64,000 nucleotides of DNA from Antedon mediterranea (taxonomy: Eukaryota > Animalia > Echinodermata): positions 16,926,001 through 16,990,000 of the forward strand of contig NC_092674.1 in NCBI RefSeq assembly GCF_964355755.1, in the 5' to 3' direction. Each line of letters opens with the position of its first letter. The first letter of the stretch is position 1. The notes below the pieces were generated by a model, which was not told where the DNA came from, ran no database searches, and worked only from the letters and a program-made list of their open reading frames with translations. Shown here piece after piece: positions 24,640 to 36,108 of this stretch. The translations under genes were made by a program, and so were the position numbers.

Positions 24640-27600
24640 GAGGTATATTCAGAGCGTCATTTCGACGATCAAGCATTCTCTACTTCTACGGAGCGCCATT
24701 TATGCCTTTATTTACTTCTGAAATAGAAATAGTACTACGGTAGCTGCTCCAGTGGACCAAATTTAGCACCGGTGGAGCACAGTGATATAAAATAGAAAAA
24801 GTCACTAATTGTAATACCTTTTCGTATGTTAATACACTGTGCTCAAGTGGACCCAATTTGGAGCCTTGGGAGCATAGTGATATAAAATGGAAATAAGTCA
24901 ATGAATTTTAATATTTCGTATGTTAATACACTGTGCTCAAGTGGATCCAATTTGGAGCCAGTGGAGCACAGTGATATAAAATAGAAATAAGTCACTGAAT
25001 TTTAATATCTTTTCGTACGTTAATACACTGTGCTCAAGTGGACCCAATTTGGAGCCAGTGGAGCACAGTGATATAAAATAGAAAAAAGTCACTGAATTTT
25101 AATATTTTTTCGTATGTTAATACACTGTGCTCAAGTGGACCCAATTTGGAGCCAGTGGAGCACAGTGATATAAAATAGAAAAAAGTCACTGAATTTTAAT
25201 ATTTTTCGTATGTTAATACACTGTGCTCAAGTGGACCCAATTTGGAGCCAGTGGAGCACTGTGATATAAAATAGAAGTCACTGAATGTTAATATCTTTTC
25301 GTATGTTAATACACTGTGCTCAAGTGGACCTAATTTGGCGCGCGCGCCAGTGAGCACAGTGATATAAAATAGAAAAAAGTCACTAAATTATAATATCTTT
25401 TCGTATTTTAATACACTGTGCTCAAGTGGACCCAATTTGGCACCAATGGGAGCACAGGGAAAAAGTCACATACAAAAACATCGAGAAAAAATACTTCTGG
25501 AATTTAAAAATATTTCAAACTTGGTATATTTGTTCAATATCGGTTACTCCATCCGTAAACCAAAAGAAAAAATAGTTTCAAGCCACATCAGTGATTTTAA
25601 TAACTTGCGTAAGATAATACTTATGAAAAAACATACAATTACGACACATATATTAAACTCTAATAATGATTTTTACAACAAAAAACGGTTAGGAATTCGA
25701 TTTTTCCCTGTAAATTGAGCAACTAAAATAAAAAATATACCAAGAAATATATATTGAATTCGAGGTGTATTTTTTTTTTACAAAAGAAATGTTCGTATGT
25801 TAATACACTGTGCTCCAGTTGATCCAATTTGGCACCAATTGGAGCACAGGGAAATAGTCACATACAAAAACATCGAGAAAGAATACTTCTGGATTTCAAA
25901 AATATTTCAAACTTGGTATATAATGTTCAATATCGGTTACTCCATCTGTAAAGCAAAAGAAAAAATAGTTTCAAGCCATATCAGTGATTTTAGTAATTTT
26001 CGTTCGTTTAAAATGTATATTTATGATAGAACATAGAATTCCAACACATTTTTTAAACTTTAAATTTTGATCGTCATCAAATAATTGTCCTACACATTTT
26101 AAATTTGGTAGTATAGCCTACGTTCAATAGGTTACTACACGTTCAATAATGTTACTACATAATTCATATTTTTAACATATGTCTTTTTTTTAATCGCTAA
26201 AGTTTAAAAAAATGTGTTGGAATTTTATGTTCTTTCATAAGTATTTATCTTAGACAAACGCAAGTTATTAAAATCACTGATGTGGCTTGAAACTAATTTT
26301 TCTTTTGCATTACGGATGGAGTAACCGATATTGAACTTATATACCAAGTTTGAAATATTTTTGAATTCGATAAATAAAGTTTTTGTATGTGACTATTTCC
26401 CTGTGCTCCACTGGCGCCAAATTGGATCCACTGGAGCACAGTGTATTAACATACGAACATTTCTTTTGTAAAAAAAAAATACTCCTTGATTTCAATATAT
26501 ATTTCTAGGTATATTTTAAATTTAAGTTGCTCAATATTGAGAGACCACGTAAAATTGCACAACGTATTATTAAAGCTGATCTAACGCCTTGTTCATTTAT
26601 CTATGAAAAGAGTATTCTAAAAAAAGTAAACAATATTATGAAAGACCCCACTCATCCGTTACATTACTGTTATAACTTAAATAGATCAGGCATTAGGCTA
26701 CGACCTCCAAGAGCAAATCTTTGTAGAACTAGAAAATCCTTCGTTGTAAATAGCATTCATATTTTTAATTCTAATGTAAGACGTTAATGCAATTTTTAAT
26801 AGTTTTACATTTTTAACAGTATTTTTAACTTTTTATCTTGTATTTTTAATCTGTTATAATACTGCACGTTTTTAAATTTTTGCAATACTGTTGTTTTAAT
26901 CTACCAAGCAAAGTGAATTTCCATTTTTATGGACAAATAAAAATTTCTTGAATCTTGAATCTTGAATCAATTTACAGGGAAAAATCGAATTCCTAACCGT
27001 TTATTTTGTTATTAGAGTTTAACATAATATGTGTCGGATATGTTTTTTCATAAGTATTATCTTAATCGAACGCAAGTTATTAAAATCACTGATGTGGCTT
27101 GAAACTATTTTTTCTTTTGGTTTACGGATGGAGTAACCGATATTGAACATATATACCAAGTTTGAAATATTTTTTAATTCCAGAACTATTTTTTCTCGAT
27201 GTTTTTGTATGTGACTATTTTCCTGTGCTCCCATTGGTGCCAAATTGGGTCCACTTGAGCACAGTGTATTAACATACGAAAAGATATTAACATTTAGTGA
27301 CTTTTTTCTATTTTATATTACTGTGCTCACTGGCGCGCGCGCCAAATTGGGTCCACGTAAGCACAGTGTATTAACATACGAAAAGATATTAAAATTCAGT
27401 GACTTATTTCTATTTTATATCACAGTGCTCCCCTGGCTCCAAATCGGGTCCACTTGAGCATAGTGTATATTAAATTCGAAAAGATATTAAAATTCAGTGA
27501 CTTTTTCCATTTTATATCACTGTGCTCCACTGGCGCCAAATTGGGTCCACTTGAGCACAGTGTATTCACATACAAAAATATATTAACATTCAATGACTTA

Positions 27601-28049
27601 TTTCTATTTTATATCACTGTGCTCTCCTGGCGCCAAATTGGGTCCACTTGAGCACAGTGTATTAACATACGAAAAGATATTAAAATTCAGTGACTTTTTT
27701 TCTATTTTATATCACTGTGCTCCACTGGCTCCAAATTGGGTCCACTTGAGCACAGTGTATTAACATACGAAAAGATATTAAAATTCAGTGACTTTTTTCT
27801 ATTTTATATCACTGTGCTCCCCTGGCTCCAAATTGGGTCCACTTGAGCACAGTGTATTAATACGAAAAGATATTAAAATTTAGTGACTTATTTCTATTTT
27901 ATATCACTGTGCTCCACTAGTGCTAAATTTGGTCCACTGGAGCAGCTACCGTAGTACTATTTCTATTTCGTAAGTAAATAAAGGCATAAATGGCGCTCCG
28001 TAGAAGTAGAGAATGCTCGATCGTCGAAATGACGCTCTGAATATACCTC
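24640..28049. mobile_element. Foldback-type non-autonomous DNA element with about 1.4-kb modular inverted arms
   Basis: Termini GAGGTATATTC...GAATATACCTC; TAATATT on both sides; arms contain 97-bp tandem units; short unique centre at about 26060-26200. Confidence 0.88.
26536..26966 (+). mobile_element. 5'-truncated LINE 3' end (L2/Rex1-like) inserted in the right foldback arm
   Basis: C-terminal peptide (DPTHPLH...RSGIR...RKSFV), AATAAA, (CTTGAAT)n tail, TCAAT duplication; absent from the left arm. Confidence 0.75.
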
Positions 28050-28215
28050 TAATATTACCGTAGTTACAAAGTGGTTAGGATTAATTCCGGCAGAATCAAC
28101 GCAATTGATTGGTCAATTGAAAATCGCTCATGCATGCATATTTTTTATGAACCTCATTATTATTAAGATTAATCATAAACATATTAAAGTTAGACGGGGT
28201 AAAAAGAAATCTAAA

Positions 28216-28515
28216 TTTTTTATTTTGTTTATTTTATGTCTTTAGGAGGCAATGTGGCCAAGGATTACCAATAGTGAATTAATCACTGTCCTGTCAGATA
28301 GGTGGTAACTCTTTTCGAATAATGAACTGGGTTCTTTAAAGTGCACACAGGTTATAACTGTGTACTATGGACCTACGGTTTGTAGTCCTTATCCGAGAAG
28401 ACTTGTTCCACCACCAGAACTAGGAGCGAGTCGGCCTCGAACCCTTGCCGATGTTGTTGGCTCTTTAGGTACGGTAAACGGTGCCCCTGTCTTAACCGCT
28501 CGGCCATTTGACTCG
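28216..28515 (-). mobile_element. tRNA-derived SINE, central domain probably of Meta type
   Basis: A box TGGCCGAGCGG, B box GGTTCGAGGCC, core GGACTACAAACCGTAGGTCC...GCACTTTAAAGAACCC...TCGAAAAGAG, A-rich tail. Confidence 0.75.
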
Positions 28516-29460
28516 TAATACTAATTCTAACATTAAAATAGCATACAATAATATCAGAGGCTACAAAAGCAAAAAGTATATGATATCCAAAAATTTGTAA
28601 ATAGGCCTATCAATAAAATTAATGTATTTGGAATAGTTGAATCATTTCTAAAAGATAAGGAAGATATACAAATCAAAGGTTAAAATTGGATTGGGAAAAA
28701 TAGATCATCATATGCTAAAAAAGAGTCAATGCGGGATCGGCTTCCTAAAATTAGGGACGACATTAAGATCATAGATGACAATGGATGTACTAGATACGAG
28801 ATGTGATACCCTCGAACGACTAGGCCTATGGGTAAAAGTGCAATTTAATAGTTCTACCAAATCTGTTTATCCTTAACGGTAGTGAAAAATGCACAGGAGT
28901 ATTTATTATTATTATTATTTATTGCCAAAAACCAGTTACAAACAAACAAAAACACAGAAACTAAGGGAGTAGGCAGGAACCTAAAAGTGGACCTAATCAC
29001 TTTAACAAGAGTTCAGGTTCCGTACTCCCAAGTATTTACGTGGGTAGTAAAAGAATCAACATAAAAGTGTTTTGGATTAGGGCCTATGGTCTTGTTTCAA
29101 CAAATATTCAAAACGATATAAATGAATTCATGATAGATGATCAATGTAACTTTCACATAGGTAGCGATCATAACATGTTTATAATTGATATGAATGTGGA
29201 ATCATTAATAATAATAACACAATCCCTGAAACATTTAAACAACGATGGGATATAAAGTATAACTACGATTGGACAACGTTCCAACAGGACCTTGAATCTA
29301 AATTCACTAACTGGGACCCAGCCCATTATTTAGATGCTAATGAAGCTGGGAATCATGGAAACGCCTTGTAGTGTCTGCTGCCGAAGAGACAATAGGTTAT
29401 TAAAAACAGTCCAGAAAAAATAAACAATGGTTTGATTGTGATATTGAACAGTCAATGAAA

Positions 29461-30219
29461 CAAGGCCAACAGCCATTAAGTCGCGTGCTACACAATGCAT
29501 AGTGATACCGGACCGACAGACAGACAGACCGACCGACAGACAGACCGACAGACAGACCGACCGACAGACCGACCGACCGACATAGTGAACTATACTGACC
29601 GAAATTACTGAACATGTTTAAAAATGTTGAAATGTTTAAAAACATTTATATTTTTTTAATTTACACGTGCGTAGCCTGTCACTTTTGACGTGCTCGTATA
29701 ACGTAATTTCGAGTTGAAAAGTAAGTCAAGAAAACAGAAATCGGGCAAAAAGAGTGCGCAATAACATTTAACGCGCAGTGCGCGCGCAAAAATATGCGCA
29801 CTCATGGAAATTTTGTAAACGCTTAAAATTGCCTGAAACGTACTCTTATTTCATCGAAAATAAATTTTGAAAATTTTAAGCGCGCGTACGCATGTGTTAC
29901 ATGCGCTACGCACGTAATTGTATTGCCATATGTTGATTTATGCCCTGAAATTTATGAGTACCAAATTTTATTTAATTGTGATTCATGGTTGTGAAGATAT
30001 GATTACAAACGTGATTTCGTTAAATCGTGCGTAGACCGCGTAATTTTTTATTGCGCACCGTGAAAACATAACCACATTGATTCCAGGCCATAAGGAAGAT
30101 AAGGTCAGAAAGCGATAAAACGCATAGTGATACCGGACCGACAGAGCGACAGACAGACCGACAGACCGACCAACCGACCGACATAGTGAACTATAGAGTC
30201 GCTTCCACGCGACTAAAAA
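29461..30219 (-). mobile_element. DINE-1/HINE-like non-autonomous Helentron, copy 1
   Basis: Subterminal IR AGTCGCGTG / CACGCGACT, two (GTCY/GGTC)n microsatellite blocks, inserted at an A/T run; near-identical copy at 57723. Confidence 0.85.
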
Positions 30220-32552
30220 CGAAAAAAAGCTTGTCGAGCACACCGACTTTATTGTAGGCCTAAGAACAAAACTAATTCTGACTTTAATGAAACTATAAGG
30301 GATAATCTCTGGAAAGATTATCAAATTAAACAAAACGAATGTAAAACATTAATTAGACAAAAAATGATGCAAATCCGGATGGATAGATGTTAAAAAATAA
30401 TGGAAAAAGGCGGACCTCAGTCTAGAGACTTCTTTTTAAAAGGGAATAAACGAGCGAACAGTGTTACATCTATAATAATTCCGGGAACGCACAATGTAAC
30501 ATCAGACGCACCCATAATTAAGTCCTCGTTAACGAATTACTTTAATACCTTAGGTAAGAAAAACTTAGATGTAGAGAATGATCTATTTGATGACAGTTTA
30601 GCTGACAGCTACAACACGAATGTTCAAACCGCTACTCTGGATAAACTCGAATTCTCATGTGAAGATGTAAAATACGCAGTCTCCCTATGTAAAAACAACA
30701 AAAGCCCGGGCAATGATAATATTTCTAACGAATTGATAAAAAACGGCGGTAATTACACAATGGTTGCAACACTGTATAAACTGTTTAAAAGGCTCTCTCA
30801 TCTCGAATGTATCCCAGATGAATGGAACAACGGCGCAATAGTATATTTAAAAAGGCGACCGGCGAAATTTAGATAACTATAGAGGAATTACCTTAAACTC
30901 ATGCATTGCTAAGATCTATAGTCGAATAATTTCTCGAAGAATATCAGAATTCCTTGAAGACTACGATTTATTAACCGAAGCACAATGGGGCTTCCGTAGA
31001 GATAGACGATGAGTAGTTAAATGGCGTTTATGGGCTGTTTTTACAAAATTGTAAATATTAGTCAGCTTTACAAAGTACTGAAGAGTAAATGACTACGGAA
31101 GTATGAAACAATAGGTATTGTGTTTCGGGGTATTATAACAATAGAGGTATTACCGTATATTATAATTTAAATTAGTTACATGCTATCGTGTTGTGTTGGT
31201 AACATTTAAAGTGGGTTAATTCAGTATGTTGGCTACTATATGCAGTATGATATAAATTGTACAACTTGTAGTCCAGTTTTACAAAGTACTGAAAAGTAAA
31301 TGACTACGGAAGAATAAAACAATCGTTGTTGTGATAGTATAAAATAGGTGTGATGTTTCGGATATATAACAATATAGGTATTATTTAATTTGATTACATT
31401 ACGTCATGTATTGTCGGAAATTTTAAAATTAACTTTCATTTTCATTTAAATGGTTTACGTTTTACATAAAGAATTCTTTGATAAAGATGCACCTGGTTAA
31501 TTAAAACTAGTTAATTGAGATATCGAACCCACATATAATTAATAAGGGTAATTTGTTTCCGGATATTATAACAATGACAAAAAACAAAAAGATAAGAATA
31601 AATGAAGTTAAATAATAAGTATGTCTTGATTGAACTATACCGACATCTAACGTGCATACCGGTATTGAACAAGAATTTGAAAACAGCAGTCTTAGCGGTA
31701 ACGAGGAATTTTTGTTAGAAATTCTTAATGACAACGATGAAATGGTAAGTTGAAGCAATTTGTATAAAAAAAAACACAAAAATTTACGTATATTATTTTC
31801 CAAATGTTATTAAGAATGACTTCTTTGTTCTGTCTGTTACATGGGTTTTGTTATTTAATTTTCAGATTCGATGTATAGAAGAGTTAATTGATGATCAGAT
31901 AAAAAATATTTGGTGATGATTTAGTCGTTTGTGATGAGAAAAAATGGTATACAATGGTTGAAGTCAATAGGTGTTATGTTTCGGATATAATATTACAATG
32001 GTTAACATTGGGTAAGGAAGTATAAGATTGTTGTAAGATTTGAATTAGTCATGTACTTGGCGGTATTTTTAAAAAGGGGTACAATAAAAGATGCTCCTGG
32101 TTTAATTAAAACAACGTAACAACATAAGTTATTTGATCAGGATATTATAACAATGACTAAAACAAAAAGTTAAGAGAATTTAGTACAGTTTTCATCAGTA
32201 TGAACTTCTGCAAACCAACAGCTGATTACGCCGATTCTAAAATAGCTGATAAGGCTAAGGCTAGTATGCAGCGAGTTATGAGAAAACGGTTTGATCTTTG
32301 ATGATTTTGGATCGGACATTTTTTAAATTGAATGACATTGGGGAAGCTACTTAATGAAACAAAAGATACACGGCGCTTCGACACAATGTTCCGACAGGAA
32401 ATACAACAATGACAATTGGCTGAAACAAATTTGGTAAATGCCGAATGTAATCCTTTGACTGTATATAACTCTCGAATATTTTGTAATCTTTACCTCATTC
32501 TACAACGCTACAGAGCTCGACAAGACAGACCAAAAACCAACAACTAGTTACT

Positions 32553-33281
32553 ATGGGTTCCGTGATTGAAATAATTGATCTTACTATGGACTCTGATGTC
32601 GAAGAAGATGTTATATATATAAGCAGTGATTCAGAATTTGAAGACGAAGACATACTAGCTATGACTGGTGCCTATTTTACAGCAAAGGAGGAGGAAGAGA
32701 TGAGGGAAGAGATGGGGGATATGACGTGTTTAATGGCGATTCAACCCCCACCTCCAATGAACGTTGATTTCAATAATGTATCTAATACTGAAGAAGACGA
32801 ACATTATAGATCGAGAATAATTTCTGAAGAGGAGAGGATTGTATACGACGACACGTCATCGGTAGTTGACTACCACCTATTTCTGGCAAGAAAAGCCGAT
32901 GTAGAAGATGAGGTAGAAGATGGGGTGTTTGCGGAAGAGTACCTGAACCCTGTGCTGGAGGCGGAGATTAAGAAAGAAACTACCGAACTTGAGTACAAAG
33001 AGATAATGAGAACAATTGAGAAGGTTTTCATAGAAGAATTTATATTCATTCTGAAGGACATGGTTGAACGTTATAACTTTCACGGCTCAAGATATGAACA
33101 ACTCCTAACATTTTTTCGACCAATTCTGGCATTGAAACTTGTGGACAATAGCGCTACCCATTTTGAATGGGCGCTAAACTACTTTCATTTACGTTGTATA
33201 AATGTTGATGCGTTTGCTAAAGCCATAAAGTTGATTACAAATGATTCAGAACTTTTTAATAAGATTCTTTACCAATTGTAA
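32553..33281 (+). CDS. 242-aa acidic protein with N-terminal SIM-like motifs (left arm copy)
   Basis: Intact ATG-initiated ORF, richer in GC than its flanks; TATATAA at about 32462; motifs VIEIIDLT and VIYISSDSE. Confidence 0.75.
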   Translation: MGSVIEIIDLTMDSDVEEDVIYISSDSEFEDEDILAMTGAYFTAKEEEEMREEMGDMTCLMAIQPPPPMNVDFNNVSNTEEDEHYRSRIISEEERIVYDDTSSVVDYHLFLARKADVEDEVEDGVFAEEYLNPVLEAEIKKETTELEYKEIMRTIEKVFIEEFIFILKDMVERYNFHGSRYEQLLTFFRPILALKLVDNSATHFEWALNYFHLRCINVDAFAKAIKLITNDSELFNKILYQL

Positions 33282-33535
33282 TTTGTACAAATTTAAAATA
33301 ATATCTTAACACTTTTTTTAATTAATGTTACATATTTTTATATTTCTTATTTCTTTTCGGTAAATTTATTATTATTATGGTTGTAAATTATATTGAAATA
33401 GAATATGTGTTAAAATAAAGGTTGTGTTTTTTCTTTTAAAAGCAACAACAACGAAAATGAATTTGATCTTTGCGTGTTATTTAAGTATTTTATTTATTTT
33501 TTTAATTTTCATTTGGGTGAATGAGGGTAATGAGT

Positions 33536-33778
33536 ATGGATGAGTACTTAAGAAAAGTATATTATTACGATCCTAAGCATCCTGATAGTTTTGCTGGTGT
33601 AGACCGACTTTATCAAAATGTAAAATACGATTTAAATATTACCAAGAGACAAGTTCAAGACTGACTGAGCAAGCAAGATACATATACATTACACAAATCC
33701 ATTCAACGTAAATTCAAACGAAACTGGGTACTTGTAAGTGTTATTGATGAACAATGGGGAATGGATTTGGAAAAATAA
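33536..33778 (+). pseudogene. Polinton/Maverick integrase N-terminal remnant
   Basis: MDEYLRKVYYYDPKHPDSFAGVDRLY...VQD*LSKQDTYTLHK...FKRNWVLVSVIDEQWGMDL; one in-frame TGA; truncated just after the first catalytic Asp motif. Confidence 0.85.
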
Positions 33779-35205
33779 CGTGTATAAAATTTGATTCAGA
33801 CAAACTGTTTGACTTTAAATTTCCAAAAATCAAAGGAAGTCAATTTTGAAATAGTTGGTAGCATGGTACAAGGAATCGGACTGGAAAAAATAACAACAAC
33901 TAATCCTAACAAAATAACCCGTAAACCAAAATCTCACTCTCTACCATTCAAAAACAACATTTTTGATGTAGCAATTTTTTCAAGCGGTATTGTCATGAAC
34001 GTATTGAAAAGAAAATAGTTTTATTGTCAATGATTTGTCAAGTGTTTTATTTTAATTTCAATTACTTTTGTATTGTATTTAGTTTTACCCGTTCATGTTG
34101 GCATGATCAATATTTGCTCAAACTCCATTTTATCGTTATGTTTGTAGTATTTTAGAGCTTCCCGATCATCGTAATAATGATATAACTAGAATTCGTAACC
34201 GTGTGTTAGATTCCACGCGTATTATATTATACATATTGTCTTACTTTAATTCCTTCTCTCGTTATTCACCCGATGTAGTTTGATCAAACAATTGTACCTG
34301 AGCCTGAAAGGTTAGTTGTTATGGTACAAGGAATCGGCCCGGAAAATAATTTGTTTTCTTTTCTGTTAAATTATTATTATGTTTGTGAATTGTGTATTGC
34401 AATAGATTTGTTTAATGAAATTAAATTAATTAGGCCTATGTTTTGACTTAATTTACTGTCAGTGTAAATTTGTAAAAGTAGTTTTCCTACTTTAATTCAC
34501 GGTAAATTTATTTATCGACTTAATTTAATTTGTTTTCTTTTCTGTTGTTGTTAAATGTAATTGCAAACACACATAATAAATGATTGTGATTATAAATATT
34601 CTGTTTACTTCTTTTAATTTTAAACAGTACAATAGATCTGTAATGTAAAGTTATATTTTATATAATATAATAAGTAATATTACAAAAATAAACATACAAA
34701 ATGTATAAAGCATAGATTAATTAAATTTAAATACAATTTCTTTATTTCAAAATGAATTTCATTTTCTACGTGTTTTCAATTTTAAATCTTTTAAGAAAGA
34801 CACAATACGTACTGCTAAAAAAATAAAACGCACACAAAAGAAAACAAATTTGAGACGCACGATATGTAACGACGGTTTCAATAAAAAGGCATATTATAAA
34901 TGTATTTTTACCAAATTTATAAAGTAAAGGGTTATTATTGAGAAATATACATTTTAGATAAATGATAACACATCTAAAATTAATTAGAGAGATCAATACA
35001 ATATGGTGTTCATAATAATTTGTTTTGATGACTAGAGGAAACATCTGAAGATATTCAACAAAAAACAAGCGTTAACAACATACCAGTCACTAAGAATGCT
35101 ACTACTCTGAAAAAAACATCTCCCTTCAAACACAGAAACAAATTCTGTTAATTAGTAAACGAAACACGCGCATTATAAATAAAATGAATAATTTAAGAAT
35201 ATTTG

Positions 35206-35603
35206 TTAAAATACCCACGAACAAAACAAAAAAAGAAACATACTAACCGATTTATCGTCATTACGAAGTTCAAATAACGAAAACTTTTCCTTGAAAAATC
35301 CACAAGAGACACGTTTTACATTTTCTAACTGCATTTCAGTGTCACATTGTTTCGCAACACATGTACATAAAACGAGTCCTGTCACAAATCTGCCGACATT
35401 TATTTTTTTATCGCTCATCATTTGTTCTAATACATAATACAGCGATTCTGAAGAAATATCTTTACACAATTCTAACACATTAAAATTGTTTTCCAACTCT
35501 TTACAAGCACGAATAGTACTCTGGAGGATGGGTGAATCCAAAACAATTAACCCCGTCAATTTATATTCAATGTATGTTAAACTACTTCCTCTAAATCAAC
35601 CAT
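35206..35603 (-). CDS. Bcl-2-like protein (about 132 aa), with a 1-nt frameshift near the N-terminus as sequenced
   Basis: BH4-like LEEVV(L)TYIEYKL after adding one base at 35579-35581; BH1-like LEQMMSDKKINVGRFVT; hydrophobic C-terminal tail. Confidence 0.65.
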
Positions 35604-35691
35604 AACGCTCGACAAAACAAATGATAATGGATGTAATTACCAAGAAAGTTACAACTTAAAACATTTATTTTTGTTTTTAAAAAGAAGTTGT

Positions 35692-35854
35692 ATTTGTGTA
35701 ATGTATATGTATCTTGCTTGCTCAGTCAGTCTTGAACTTGTCTCTTGGTAATATTTAAATCGTATTTTACATTTTGATAAAGTCGGTCTACACCAGCAAA
35801 ACTATCAGGATGCTTAGGATCGTAATAATATACTTTTCTTAAGTACTCATCCAT
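35692..35854 (-). pseudogene. Shorter copy of the integrase remnant in the right arm
   Basis: Reverse complement of 33536-33698, with the same TGA. Confidence 0.8.
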
Positions 35855-36108
35855 ACTCATTACCCTCATTCACCCAAATGAAAATTAAAAAAATAAATAA
35901 AATACTTAAATAACACGCAAAGATCAAATTCATTTTCGTTGTTGTTGCTTTTAAAAGAAAAAACACAACCTTTATTTTAACACATATTCTATTTCAATAT
36001 AATTTACAACCATAATAATAATAAATTTACCGAAAAGAAATAAGAAATATAAAAATATGTAACATTAATTAAAAAAAGTGTTAAGATATTATTTTAAATT
36101 TGTACAAA

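Noticed and set aside
31507-31803. 98-aa ORF duplicated at 37586
   Set aside because: It has a TTG start and AT-biased composition, and is duplicated only as part of the arms.
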